Notes under the pieces: model-generated
Databases searched by the model: none
The model's input: the letters and a program-made list of their open reading frames with translations, nothing else
What the model was told of the DNA's origin: nothing
Made by a program: the position numbers and the translations under genes
Assembly (NCBI GenBank): GCA_965243205.1
Contig: CBDEUK010000002.1
Coordinates: 96,001-160,000 of the forward strand
Origin: Gammaproteobacteria bacterium
GTDB taxonomy: Bacteria > Pseudomonadota > Gammaproteobacteria > Eutrophobiales > Eutrophobiaceae
Length of the DNA stretch: 64,000 nt
Direction: 5' to 3'
Shown here: one piece after another, positions 54,337-64,000 of the stretch
Position numbering within the stretch: the first letter of the stretch is position 1
Layout of the letters: every line of letters starts with the position of its first letter

Positions 54337-56904
54337 ATGTCTGATGTTACGGTTAAACAATTTGCTGAGGTCATTAAGACTTCTGTTGAAAAACTTCAAG
54401 AACAATTAAAGGACGCAGGGTTAGATGCAAAAGAGCCTGATGATTTAATCAGTGATGAAGAAAAAAATACCTTATTAGCTTATCTAAGAAACAAGCGTGG
54501 TAAATCAGATGATGTTGATAGTAAAAAAATAACATTAAAACGCAAAACCGTTAGTGAATTAAAAGTTCCTGTCAGTTCTGCTGGCCGTAATAAACCACGT
54601 ACTAAAACAGTTAATGTTGAGTTCCGAAAAAAACGTACTTATGTACAACGTAGCGTTTTAGAAGAAAACGCTGCTGCTGAGCAGGCTGAATTGTTAGCAA
54701 AGAAACAGGCAGAAGAAGCAGAGTTAGCACGTCAACAAGCAGAAGAGGAAGCAGCAAAGAAAGCAGCGGAAGAAGAGGCCGCTAAAGTTGCAGCAGAAGA
54801 GGAAGCAGCAAAGAAAGCAGCGGAAGAAGAGGCCGCTAAAATTGTAGCAGAACAAGAAGCGGCAAAAAAAGCAGCAGAAGAACTCGCGGCAAAAGAAAAA
54901 CAAGAATCAGCTACTAACCAAGCCCCTATTCCTGCCCAATCTGAGCCCTCTAAACCTGCTAAGAAAGGTGGGCGTGAAGATAAGAAAAAATCTAATCAAG
55001 ATGATAAACACACACGTTACGGTCGTCAGGAATTACATGTTGCATCAGACAAATCTGGCAAACGTAAAAAACGTGCTCGCCCGACCCCAACTCCTGCTGC
55101 TAGCGGTAGTTCAAGTAAGCAACATGGATTTGAGAAACCAACTGCACCGATCGTTCGAGAAGTAGAGTTACCCGAAAGTATCTCTGTCTCTGATTTAGCA
55201 AATAAAATGTCAGTGAAGGCACCTGAAGTCATTAAGTTATTAATGGGCTTAGGTACCATGGCCACAATTAATCAAATCATTGATCAAGAAACAGCTACCA
55301 TTGTGGTTGAAGAAATGGGGCACAAGGTTAAATTGATCAATGAAAATGAAGCTGAAGAAGCTTTGTTAGAAGCAGCTCAAGGCGATTTTGAAGAGGTCAC
55401 GCGTGCACCAGTGGTTACTATTATGGGACATGTTGATCATGGTAAGACATCATTATTAGATTACATTCGTAAGAGTCGTGTTGCTGATGGTGAAGCAGGT
55501 GGGATTACTCAACACATTGGTTCGTACAGTGTTGAAACCAGTCTAGGTAAAATTACCTTTTTAGATACACCAGGTCACGCTGCGTTTACAGCAATGCGTG
55601 CACGAGGAGCGAAAGTAACTGACATCGTTGTGTTAGTTGTTGCTGCTGATGACGGTGTCATGCCACAAACAGAAGAAGCAGTGAAACATAGCCAGGCTGC
55701 AGGTGTACCGTTGATTATTGCGGTAAATAAAATGGATAAAGAGGATGCAAACCCTGATCAAATCAAACAAGGATTATCTAAGTTTGAAGTAATTCCTGAA
55801 GATTGGGGAGGTGATACTCAATTTGTTCCTGTTTCTGCTAAGACAGGCCAAGGCGTTGAAGACTTATTAGAATGTATTTCATTGCAAGCAGAGTTATTAG
55901 ATCTTAAAGCGGTCGAACAAGGTCCTGCGAAAGGTACTGTGGTTGAATCTCGTTTAGATAAAGGTCGTGGCCCAGTTGCAAGTCTTATCGTTCAAAGCGG
56001 TAGTTTAAACAAAGGTGACATAATCCTAAGTGGTCATGAATTCGGCCGTGTCCGTGCGTTGTTAGATGAAAACGGTAAAGAAATTATGACTGCAGGCCCA
56101 TCAACCCCCGTTGAAGTATTGGGTCTTTCAGGTACACCGAATGCAGGTGATGAAATGTTAGTGGTAGGTGATGAAAAGAAAGCGCGTGAAATCGCCACCT
56201 TCCGTCAAGGTAAATATCGTGAAAATAAAATTGCTAAACAACAAGCAGCTAAGTTAGATGACTTTATGTCACAAATGGGTACCGAAGGTGGTGCTGTATT
56301 AAATATTCTAATTAAAGCGGATGTTCAAGGTTCTGCGGAAGCTTTGTCAGAGTCATTACAAAAAATTAGTAACGATGAAGTGAAAGTATCGATTATTAGT
56401 AGTGGGGTGGGTGGCATAACTGAATCGGATGCTAACTTAGCGCTAGCTTCTAAAGGTGTCATGATTGGTTTCAATGTTCGTGCAGATGCTTCGGCTAGAA
56501 AGATCATTGATGAAGAAGGCATTGATTTACGATATTACAGTGTTATCTATGATGTTATCGATGATGTAAAAGCAGCTCTTTCTGGCATGTTATCACCAGA
56601 GATTCGCGAACAAATTATTGGTGTTGCTGAAGTACGTGATGTTTTCCGTTCGCCTAAGTTTGGTGATATCGCTGGTTGTATGGTTTCTACTGGTGTTGTT
56701 AAACGCAGTAATCCAATACGTGTTTTACGTGATAATGTCGTGATATACGAAGGTGAACTCGAGTCATTACGTCGCTTTAAAGACGATGTTAACGAAGTTA
56801 AATCAGGTATGGAATGTGGTATTGGTGTGAAGAACTACGATAATGTTCAACCAGGCGATCAGATCGAAGTCTTTGAACGAGTTGAAGTATCTAGAACTAT
56901 TTAA
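54337..56904 (+). CDS. infB: Translation initiation factor IF-2
   Basis: [43 protein letters not shown]. Confidence 0.99.
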   Translation: MSDVTVKQFAEVIKTSVEKLQEQLKDAGLDAKEPDDLISDEEKNTLLAYLRNKRGKSDDVDSKKITLKRKTVSELKVPVSSAGRNKPRTKTVNVEFRKKRTYVQRSVLEENAAAEQAELLAKKQAEEAELARQQAEEEAAKKAAEEEAAKVAAEEEAAKKAAEEEAAKIVAEQEAAKKAAEELAAKEKQESATNQAPIPAQSEPSKPAKKGGREDKKKSNQDDKHTRYGRQELHVASDKSGKRKKRARPTPTPAASGSSSKQHGFEKPTAPIVREVELPESISVSDLANKMSVKAPEVIKLLMGLGTMATINQIIDQETATIVVEEMGHKVKLINENEAEEALLEAAQGDFEEVTRAPVVTIMGHVDHGKTSLLDYIRKSRVADGEAGGITQHIGSYSVETSLGKITFLDTPGHAAFTAMRARGAKVTDIVVLVVAADDGVMPQTEEAVKHSQAAGVPLIIAVNKMDKEDANPDQIKQGLSKFEVIPEDWGGDTQFVPVSAKTGQGVEDLLECISLQAELLDLKAVEQGPAKGTVVESRLDKGRGPVASLIVQSGSLNKGDIILSGHEFGRVRALLDENGKEIMTAGPSTPVEVLGLSGTPNAGDEMLVVGDEKKAREIATFRQGKYRENKIAKQQAAKLDDFMSQMGTEGGAVLNILIKADVQGSAEALSESLQKISNDEVKVSIISSGVGGITESDANLALASKGVMIGFNVRADASARKIIDEEGIDLRYYSVIYDVIDDVKAALSGMLSPEIREQIIGVAEVRDVFRSPKFGDIAGCMVSTGVVKRSNPIRVLRDNVVIYEGELESLRRFKDDVNEVKSGMECGIGVKNYDNVQPGDQIEVFERVEVSRTI
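54738..54840 (+). repeat. Tandem duplication (49 identical bp, 54-bp period) in the infB linker
   Basis: AGCAGAAGAGGAAGCAGCAAAGAAAGCAGCGGAAGAAGAGGCCGCTAAA at 54738 and 54792. Confidence 0.85.
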
Positions 56905-56907
56905 TTC

Positions 56908-57270
56908 ATGCCAAAAGAATATGCACGAAACATTCGAGTTGCGGATCTGATTCAAAGAGAACTTGCAAAAATATTTGAACGCGAACGCATGACTCAAACG
57001 GCAGCATTAATGACCGTTTCTAATGTCGATGTGAGTCCTGATCTAAAGAATGCAAAAATCTATGTTACTTGTTTAGGTGATGTTGATCATAAATCGTTAA
57101 CGAAAGAACTTCAGGAAGATGCTGGGCATTATCGACACCTTTTATCCAAACAACTAAATATTCGTGTGACTCCTAAACTTACATTTAAATATGATGAGCA
57201 ATTAGAGCAGGCGAACCGACTTACTTCGATCATTGATAAACTTTCTGACGATTCTTCTGAACAGGAATAA
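56908..57270 (+). CDS. rbfA: Ribosome-binding factor A
   Basis: R..RVAD.IQRELA, VSPDLKNAKIY, R.TP.L.F.YD. Confidence 0.97.
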   Translation: MPKEYARNIRVADLIQRELAKIFERERMTQTAALMTVSNVDVSPDLKNAKIYVTCLGDVDHKSLTKELQEDAGHYRHLLSKQLNIRVTPKLTFKYDEQLEQANRLTSIIDKLSDDSSEQE

Positions 57271-57274
57271 TTAA

Positions 57275-58204
57275 ATGGGTCGTCGTCCAAAAGCTCGTGG
57301 AAGAAATATTCACGGAGTTTTGCTATTAAACAAACCGGCCGGCTTAACCTCTAACGATTGTTTGCAAAAAGTTAAGCGTCTATTTAATGCGAATCGCGCA
57401 GGTCATACAGGAAGTTTAGATAAACCTGCAACAGGTATGTTGCCCATCTGCTTAGGCGAAGCGACTAAACTTACCAGCTATCTATTGGATGCTGATAAAG
57501 TGTATGAAGCTAAAGTTCGCTTAGGAATAATGACAACAACTGGGGATGCAGCAGGAGATGTCTTAGAACAGAAGCCGATCCCTAAAATTGATAAAGAATT
57601 ATTATTAAATGTTATCAAACAATTTGTCGGTACGATTTCCCAAGTGCCACCAATGTATTCTGCGTTAAAGCACCAAGGCCAAAGGCTATATAAATTAGCA
57701 TACCAAGATCAAGAAGTAGAACGCGAACCACGTAATATCACGATCTATGATATCGATTTGCTCGAATTCGATAATGATAGTTTTAAAATCAAAGTTTCTT
57801 GCTCCAAAGGCACCTATATTCGAAGTTTAGCAGTGGATATCGGTGAAAAATTAGGCTGTGGGGCACATATTGAGACCTTACATCGTATAGAAGTGAGTCA
57901 ATTTAGCCGGGAAGAAATGGTTGATTTTGAGAATATTGAATCTATAACGGATATAGATTCATTATTATTACCTATGGACAGTGTGGTTGAACATCTACCC
58001 ATCGTCGATTTAGAACAAGATTCTACCGCCTATGTACTTAATGGGCAGGCAGTGCTGGTTGCTAAATCACCAAGTTCAGGCTTGGTCAGATTGTACGATC
58101 ATGAACAGTTTTTTATCGGAATTGGCCATATTTTAGAAGATGGTCGCGTAGCCCCCAAAAGATTGTTTCATTTTGCAGAAAATAGTGAGTTGGCTAAGCA
58201 ATAA
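57275..58204 (+). CDS. truB: tRNA pseudouridine55 synthase
   Basis: GHTGSLD, PPMYSALK, CSKGTYIRSL. Confidence 0.98.
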   Translation: MGRRPKARGRNIHGVLLLNKPAGLTSNDCLQKVKRLFNANRAGHTGSLDKPATGMLPICLGEATKLTSYLLDADKVYEAKVRLGIMTTTGDAAGDVLEQKPIPKIDKELLLNVIKQFVGTISQVPPMYSALKHQGQRLYKLAYQDQEVEREPRNITIYDIDLLEFDNDSFKIKVSCSKGTYIRSLAVDIGEKLGCGAHIETLHRIEVSQFSREEMVDFENIESITDIDSLLLPMDSVVEHLPIVDLEQDSTAYVLNGQAVLVAKSPSSGLVRLYDHEQFFIGIGHILEDGRVAPKRLFHFAENSELAKQ

Positions 58205-58391
58205 GTAAAAATATTTTATCTATAAAAATCAATGGGTTAAGGTTTTTTGCAAATATCCTAGGCCTTGGTAACAAAAAAGTCTAAGAACATATTGATTTTT
58301 TTTCAGTTTTCCTTGTTTGCCTAGGTACTCATGGGTACAATACGCCCGCAAAATTGACTGAACATATTGAAAAATACTGGAGTTTTAATAC

Positions 58392-58661
58392 ATGGCACTA
58401 GATGCTCAAAAAAAGGCTGAAATTGTAAAAGAATATCAAAGAGGTACAGGTGACACAGGGTCGCCAGAAGTACAGGTAGCTTTATTGACTGCTCGCATCA
58501 CAGATTTATCTGGACACTTCAAAGAGAACAGCAAAGACCACCATTCGCGCCAAGGTCTATTACGTATGGTGAACCACCGTCGTAGCCTGTTGGATTATCT
58601 TAAATCGAAAGACCTCGATCGTTATCGTACTTTGATCGGTCGTCTTGGTTTACGTAAATAA
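58392..58661 (+). CDS. rpsO: 30S ribosomal protein S15
   Basis: [30 protein letters not shown]. Confidence 0.99.
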   Translation: MALDAQKKAEIVKEYQRGTGDTGSPEVQVALLTARITDLSGHFKENSKDHHSRQGLLRMVNHRRSLLDYLKSKDLDRYRTLIGRLGLRK

Positions 58662-58676
58662 TCCATAAAACTTTCC

Positions 58677-58729
58677 AATTGCGCTGAAACGGGTAGCCGT
58701 TTAACAATAGTACAAGTCTTAGTGCGATT
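58677..58729 (+). promoter_or_regulatory. pnp leader stem (candidate RNase III site)
   Basis: AATTGCGCTGA/TTAGTGCGATT pairing; inner AAACGG/CCGTTT hairpin; analogous to the E. coli pnp leader. Confidence 0.5.
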
Positions 58730-58762
58730 ACCATTCAAAAAAACAAATAGAAAGGTGTTCAC

Positions 58763-60850
58763 ATGAACGTGGTACGCAAAGAATTTCAATATGGAGAGCA
58801 TACAATTACCCTGGAAACAGGTCGTATTGCTCGTCAAGCAACAGGTGCCGTTCTGGCAAGCATGGGAGATACTACGGTTTTAGTGAGCTGTGTTGCTAAA
58901 ACTGAAGCCGACCCGACTAAAGATTTTTTCCCTTTAACTATCGACTATCAAGAAAAAACCTACGCCGCTGGGAAAATTCCAGGCGGCTTTTTCAAACGTG
59001 AAGGCCGACCTAGTGAGAAAGAAACACTAACTTCTAGACTAATTGATCGTCCTCTGCGCCCTTTATTTCCAAAAAAATTCACTAACGAAATTCAAATCGT
59101 AGTTACAGTAGTTTCGATTGACCCAGACATCGATCCCGATTTAATTTCAATGATTGGTTCGTCGGCTGCAGTGTCAATTTCTGGTGTGCCTTTCAATGGA
59201 CCAATTGGTGTGGCTAGAGTCGGTTACAAAGATGGTCAATACACATTAAACCCTGGTTATAAAGCATTAGAGACTTCTGAATTGGATTTGGTTGTTTCGG
59301 GTACTGAATCTTCAGTGTTAATGGTTGAATCTGAAGCTAAGCAATTACCAGAAGATGTCATGTTGGGTGCTGTTGTATACGGCCATGAACAACAACAAGT
59401 GGTCATTGAAAATATTCGTGCCTTTGCACAAGAAGTGGGTACGCCAGCTTGGGACTGGACTGCGCCTGAAGCTGATACCGATTTAGAACAAACCGTTGCT
59501 GAACAATGTCGTGATTTAATTCGTGAAGGTTATTCTATAACCGATAAATTAAGTCGACGCGATCGCTTAAGTGAGATTCGTAGCCAAGTTATTGAATCTT
59601 TATGTGAAGTAGAAGAACCAAAATGGACAGCTGGACAAGTATCTACTGCGATTGAAGAATTAGAAAGTGAGATAGTACGTGGTGGTATTATTTCTGGTGA
59701 GCCGCGTATTGACGGTCGAGATAATAAACAAATTCGTGATATTAGTGTTGAAGTAGGGATTTTACCTAGAACGCACGGTTCAGCTTTATTTACACGTGGT
59801 GAAACTCAAGCCATTGTGGTTACAACATTAGGCACTGAACGTGATGCACAGATTATTGATGCACTAGAAGGCGAACGTAAAGAGCCTTTTATGCTTCACT
59901 ATAATTTCCCTCCATACTGTGTTGGTGAAACCGGTCGTGTAGGTTCACCAAAACGTCGTGAGATTGGTCATGGTCGCTTAGCGAAACGTGGAATCTTGGG
60001 CGTCATGCCAGATTTAAACAAATACCCATATAGTATTCGTGTGGTCTCTGAGATTACTGAATCTAATGGTTCAAGTTCTATGGCTTCAGTCTGTGGTACC
60101 AGTTTAGCGTTAATGGATGCGGGTGTGAGTATTGATGCGCCTGTTGCAGGTATTGCGATGGGGTTAATTAAAGAAGACGATAAATTTGTCGTGCTTTCTG
60201 ACATCATGGGTGATGAAGATCATCTAGGTGATATGGATTTTAAAGTGGCTGGTTCTGCTAAAGGTGTTAATGCTTTGCAAATGGACATCAAGATTGATGG
60301 AATCACCAAAGAAATTATGGAAGTTGCTTTGAATCAGGCTAAAGATGGTCGTTTGCATATCTTAGAAAAAATGAATGCTGTGATTCAAGAGCCTCGTACA
60401 GAAATGTCAGAGTTTGCTCCAAGAATTACTACCATGAAAATTCATCCTGATAAAATTCGTGAAGTCATTGGTAAAGGTGGCGCTACTATTCGATCAATCA
60501 CTGAAGAAACAGGCGCAACCATTGATATCGATGATGATGGAAATGTGAAAATAGCATCGGTTGATAAAGCTGCCGGTGAAGAAGCGAAAAAACGCGTTGA
60601 ATTAATCACGGCTGACATTGAAGTTGGTAAAATTTATGAGGGCCGTGTTGCTAAGTTAATGGACTTTGGTGCTTTTGTGAATATCCTTCCTGGTAAAGAT
60701 GGTTTGGTTCATATCTCGCAAATTTCAGAAGAACGAGTAGAGCAAGTCAGCGATAAACTGAGCGAAGGTGATTATGTGAAAGTCAAAGTCTTAGAGATAG
60801 ACAAGCAAGGTCGTGTCAGACTAAGTATGAAAGCAGTCAATGCTGAATAA
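58763..60850 (+). CDS. pnp: Polynucleotide phosphorylase
   Basis: [44 protein letters not shown] and S1 domains. Confidence 0.99.
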   Translation: MNVVRKEFQYGEHTITLETGRIARQATGAVLASMGDTTVLVSCVAKTEADPTKDFFPLTIDYQEKTYAAGKIPGGFFKREGRPSEKETLTSRLIDRPLRPLFPKKFTNEIQIVVTVVSIDPDIDPDLISMIGSSAAVSISGVPFNGPIGVARVGYKDGQYTLNPGYKALETSELDLVVSGTESSVLMVESEAKQLPEDVMLGAVVYGHEQQQVVIENIRAFAQEVGTPAWDWTAPEADTDLEQTVAEQCRDLIREGYSITDKLSRRDRLSEIRSQVIESLCEVEEPKWTAGQVSTAIEELESEIVRGGIISGEPRIDGRDNKQIRDISVEVGILPRTHGSALFTRGETQAIVVTTLGTERDAQIIDALEGERKEPFMLHYNFPPYCVGETGRVGSPKRREIGHGRLAKRGILGVMPDLNKYPYSIRVVSEITESNGSSSMASVCGTSLALMDAGVSIDAPVAGIAMGLIKEDDKFVVLSDIMGDEDHLGDMDFKVAGSAKGVNALQMDIKIDGITKEIMEVALNQAKDGRLHILEKMNAVIQEPRTEMSEFAPRITTMKIHPDKIREVIGKGGATIRSITEETGATIDIDDDGNVKIASVDKAAGEEAKKRVELITADIEVGKIYEGRVAKLMDFGAFVNILPGKDGLVHISQISEERVEQVSDKLSEGDYVKVKVLEIDKQGRVRLSMKAVNAE

Positions 60851-60868
60851 TTTGATTCACTATCATAA

Positions 60869-60899
60869 AATAAAAAAGGCCTTCAGGGCCTTTTTTATT
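60869..60899 (+). terminator. Rho-independent terminator after pnp
   Basis: AATAAAAAAGGCC-TTCAG-GGCCTTTTTTATT. Confidence 0.9.
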
Positions 60900-60962
60900 G
60901 TCTTGAGATTAGAGTTATTTAACCCAAACTGTTTATTCGATCGTTTAAATATTGAATAGGCT

Positions 60963-61562
60963 TTGACAGATTTAGTAAATTATCAATACACTGGTTTTAT
61001 GATCGGCCTAAAAAGTGATGAAACATTAATGATTCAGTACCAGCAAGGTGACTGTAAGGCTTTTGAAAAATTGTATTCACGTCATAAGCAGAAATTGTTT
61101 CGTTTCATGCTAGGTATTTGTTCAGATCGTGCAATTGTTGAAGAGCTATTCCAAGATGTTTGGATGAAATTGATTGATGCAAAGGCTCGTTATCAGGCAG
61201 ATGCAAAATTTACGACCTATTTATTTCAAATTGCTAGAAATAGGGTGATTGATCATTATCGTAAACATTCAACAAAATCCGAATATAATTCCGTTGATAT
61301 GGATAGTTTGATTGAAAATAGTTTGCAACAGGAGTTTGATTCGCCAGAAAAAATAACTGAAGCAGAACAGACTCATAGTGTTATACATAAAATAATAAAA
61401 CAGTTACCGTTTGAGCAAAGAGAAGTTTTTTTATTAAAAGAAAACTCTGATTTAAGTATTCATGAAATTGCTGAGTTATTAGATGTAAACAGTGAAACGA
61501 TTAAAAGTCGGTTAAGGTATGCTTTAAAAAAAATTCAGTCTGGATTAGATGAAAATGGCTAA
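60963..61562 (+). CDS. ECF sigma-70 factor
   Basis: AFE.LY.RH, ELFQDVW, F.TYLF.IARN..ID..RK, LP.EQREVFLL, TIKSRLRYA; start may be ATG 60999. Confidence 0.95.
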   Translation: MTDLVNYQYTGFMIGLKSDETLMIQYQQGDCKAFEKLYSRHKQKLFRFMLGICSDRAIVEELFQDVWMKLIDAKARYQADAKFTTYLFQIARNRVIDHYRKHSTKSEYNSVDMDSLIENSLQQEFDSPEKITEAEQTHSVIHKIIKQLPFEQREVFLLKENSDLSIHEIAELLDVNSETIKSRLRYALKKIQSGLDENG

Positions 61563-62577
61563 AACAGAAGATATTTTAGAACAATATTTAGCAGGCAAAT
61601 CTGATATTTCAAAACAATATCAGAAATCTGAACAGCCTAAAATCCCTAAACGGATTGACGATGTTGTTTTATCGTTAGCTAAATTTAGCGTGGTAACAAA
61701 TGAAGATGAAAATTCAAATGCAAGCTTTTTTCAAAGATGGCAAATTCCTTTGTCGGTTGCAGCTGTATTTGTCATATCAGCTAGTTTAGTGATGACACTT
61801 TATGATGAATATGGTCAAAGTTATTTAGATTCGCCATCGCCACAAACAGTAGATATTGATTCAGCTAGTAATAATATATTTACTAAGGATGATATAGTTG
61901 AAATAGAGGATAGAACTTTAGAGCAAGAAAATATTCAAGAATCTGAGTTGAATTCACCTTCTTTGGAACTTGATACTGTAGAAAGCTATGATTCTGATTC
62001 ATCTTTTCAAGAACCAAAATTAGAGGCTTACAGTCTTGAAGAAAAAATTGAAGTTAAGCAAGAAGCTTTGCCGAATAAATCTGTAAATCAGAAGCAAAGA
62101 TTACATGAAAATGTTATAAATGAATTTAGATTAGAAGAGGAGCCAGTAACTACTGGAAGCAATAAAATTATCGAAAAACCGGATCTAAAGGCATTTGAAT
62201 TAACAGATGCTTTAGATACAGATTTATTAAGCAAAGAAAAAGTTAAAGTGCTCTCAAGTGAGATAGATGAACTAAGACGTGCAAAAGCTGAGTTAGATAA
62301 AGAACAGAAAACATTGCAAGAATCGTTGGAGAGAAATAATTCTAGACAATCTGAGTTACAAAAAAAATTATTAGACACATCTGACTTAAAAGATATAAGC
62401 AGACAATCCTCAATAGAATTAAAAAAAATAAATGAGCTATGGGATCAAGGTAGTAAAGAAGAAGCAAAGAGATTATTAGTCGATTATTTAAAGAATAAAA
62501 GCATTAGCCTTGAACAGTTGAGAATTTATTTGCCTGATGAATTAATTAAAGCAGTCTTGAAAGAAAACAGAGAATAG
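61549..62577 (+). CDS. Probable anti-sigma factor-like membrane protein
   Basis: Overlaps the sigma stop; RW..PLSVAA.FV TM; acidic periplasmic region. Confidence 0.65.
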   Translation: MKMAKTEDILEQYLAGKSDISKQYQKSEQPKIPKRIDDVVLSLAKFSVVTNEDENSNASFFQRWQIPLSVAAVFVISASLVMTLYDEYGQSYLDSPSPQTVDIDSASNNIFTKDDIVEIEDRTLEQENIQESELNSPSLELDTVESYDSDSSFQEPKLEAYSLEEKIEVKQEALPNKSVNQKQRLHENVINEFRLEEEPVTTGSNKIIEKPDLKAFELTDALDTDLLSKEKVKVLSSEIDELRRAKAELDKEQKTLQESLERNNSRQSELQKKLLDTSDLKDISRQSSIELKKINELWDQGSKEEAKRLLVDYLKNKSISLEQLRIYLPDELIKAVLKENRE

Positions 62578-62651
62578 ATAGAGTGTGTTTCACAAAACAT
62601 CATTGATATATAGTACTATTTTTATTAATTTTTAAAATTACTACAATTACT

Positions 62652-63488
62652 ATGAAATTATCGAAAACTGAATTTAATAACTGGGATCGTAAAGCCATTA
62701 CTTTACTTGGTATGTCTGGTGTCGGTAAAACGCGTCTAGCTTATCAGTTGCGTAATCAACATTGGTTTCATTATTCTGGCGATTATCGCATAGGGACACG
62801 TTATCTCGATGAGCCTATTCTCGATAATATTAAGTTACAAGCCATGCAAGTTCCTTTTTTAAAAGATTTATTACGTTCGGATTCAATTCATATCGATAAC
62901 AATATTACTGTTGATAATTTAAAACCTGTTTCGACTTTTTTAGGAAAAATTGGTAACCCTGAACTAGGTGGCCTAGGCAAAGAAGAATTTCAAAAACGCC
63001 AAGCTTTGCATCATGTAGCAGAAGTAGCTGCTATGAAAGATGTGCCTGAATTTATTCGTAAAGCTCATGAAATTTATGGGTATGATAACTTTGTAAATGA
63101 TGCAGGTGGTAGTTTGTGTGAGCTTGATGATGAAAGTGTTATGCAAACGTTATCAGATAGTACGATTATTATTTATATCAAAGCCGATAATCAAGATGAA
63201 AATGAATTAATTGCTCGGGCAGAATCGGATCCTAAACCTTTGTATTATCGTACAGAATTTTTAGAGCAAGAATTAGAGACCTATATGAAGTTAAAGAATA
63301 TAGAATACGTTGCTTTGATTGAGCCAGATGATTTTGTACGTTGGGTTTTTCCACGCTTGTTCTATTCAAGAATACCTCGGTATGAATCTATCGCTAATAA
63401 ATATGGTTATATAGTTAGTGCTAAAGATATTGCACGAGTGAAAACTGAATCTGATTTCATCGAATTGATTAGTTCAGTTTTAGATTAG
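62652..63488 (+). CDS. P-loop ATPase/kinase of unknown function
   Basis: GMSGVGKT Walker A; YSGDYRIGTRY; DAGGSLCE. Confidence 0.8.
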   Translation: MKLSKTEFNNWDRKAITLLGMSGVGKTRLAYQLRNQHWFHYSGDYRIGTRYLDEPILDNIKLQAMQVPFLKDLLRSDSIHIDNNITVDNLKPVSTFLGKIGNPELGGLGKEEFQKRQALHHVAEVAAMKDVPEFIRKAHEIYGYDNFVNDAGGSLCELDDESVMQTLSDSTIIIYIKADNQDENELIARAESDPKPLYYRTEFLEQELETYMKLKNIEYVALIEPDDFVRWVFPRLFYSRIPRYESIANKYGYIVSAKDIARVKTESDFIELISSVLD

Positions 63489-63497
63489 AGTAATACT

Positions 63498-64000
63498 ATG
63501 CCGTTAGTTGCTAATACAGATCTACCTAGCCTTGAGCGTTTAAGAGCTGAAGGCGAAACCGTTTTAGCCGCCGATCATGCAATTCATCAAGATATCCGAG
63601 AATTGCATATTGGTTTATTAAACATGATGCCTGACAAAGCATTAGCTGCGACTGAACGTCAGTTTTTTCGTTTAGTCGGTCAGAGTAATCAAATAGCTCA
63701 ATTTTATGTGCATCCCTTTAGTATCGATGGCTTACAACGTTCTGAAGAAGGCTCTCAACATATCAAACAATATTATGAAACCTTTGAAGAGATTAAAGAA
63801 CAAGGTTTAGATGCTTTAATTATTACTGGTGCAAATGTTATTGGGCGAGAATTATCAGCACAACCATTTTGGGAACCGTTAATCGAAATAGTTGATTGGG
63901 CTTATGATAATGTTACGTCGATATTATGTTCATGTTTAGCAACACATGCGGTTTGTCAATTTCGCTATGGCTTAAATAGAAGGGCATTACCGGAAAAACG
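63498..64000 (+). CDS. metA: Homoserine O-acyltransferase MetA, partial (runs off right edge)
   Basis: Not in track. Manual translation: MPLVA..QDIRELHIGLLNMMPD.AL.ATERQF, DALIITGAN, FWEPL, CSCLATHA. Confidence 0.93.
   Translation, partial: MPLVANTDLPSLERLRAEGETVLAADHAIHQDIRELHIGLLNMMPDKALAATERQFFRLVGQSNQIAQFYVHPFSIDGLQRSEEGSQHIKQYYETFEEIKEQGLDALIITGANVIGRELSAQPFWEPLIEIVDWAYDNVTSILCSCLATHAVCQFRYGLNRRALPEK

Noticed and set aside
6996-62378. Numerous 60-160 aa alternative-frame and antisense ORFs in the track (e.g. 53376..53849, 52657..53061, 48962..49330, 17206..17559)
   Set aside because: Overlap well-supported genes, lack motifs, and reflect codon-bias shadows
1-64000. CRISPR arrays, rRNA, integrase/transposase, prophage, lanmodulin EF-hands, pqqA peptide
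   Set aside because: None seen by eye; very short or diverged elements could have been missed

Overview
AT-rich gammaproteobacterial chromosome segment. About 2.7-38.8 kb is a lanthanide/PQQ one-carbon island. It holds an XoxF1-like methanol dehydrogenase (WDYDG motif), an XoxJ fused to ankyrin repeats, XoxG, PedA1A2BC/Lut-like and PqqT-like ABC transporters, two histidine kinases with three NarL-type regulators, and MxaD. It also holds a MoxR/VWA (Bat-like) operon ending in a SoxYZ-like carrier, a Cache_3-Cache_2 chemoreceptor, and a Zur/COG0523 zinc module with a quinoprotein-relay metallohydrolase, an orphan fhcA and an iota-carbonic-anhydrase-like gene. About 39-52 kb is mixed accessory genes (alkylation repair, EAL protein, MocR, HxlR-GST-MMPL-LolA-like-barrel). 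About 52-64 kb is core: rimP-nusA-infB-rbfA-truB-rpsO-pnp, an ECF sigma pair, an ATPase and metA. Reading the DNA directly added items missing from the ORF track: a >713-aa secreted cadherin/jelly-roll protein at the left edge, metA at the right edge, an amber-interrupted ORF in the xox operon, a 22-23 bp periodic operator motif ahead of seven island transcription units, a candidate anti-Shine-Dalgarno sRNA that can pair with the xoxF and xoxG ribosome-binding regions, and several structured leaders. All family assignments are by eye from recalled motifs; no searches were run.
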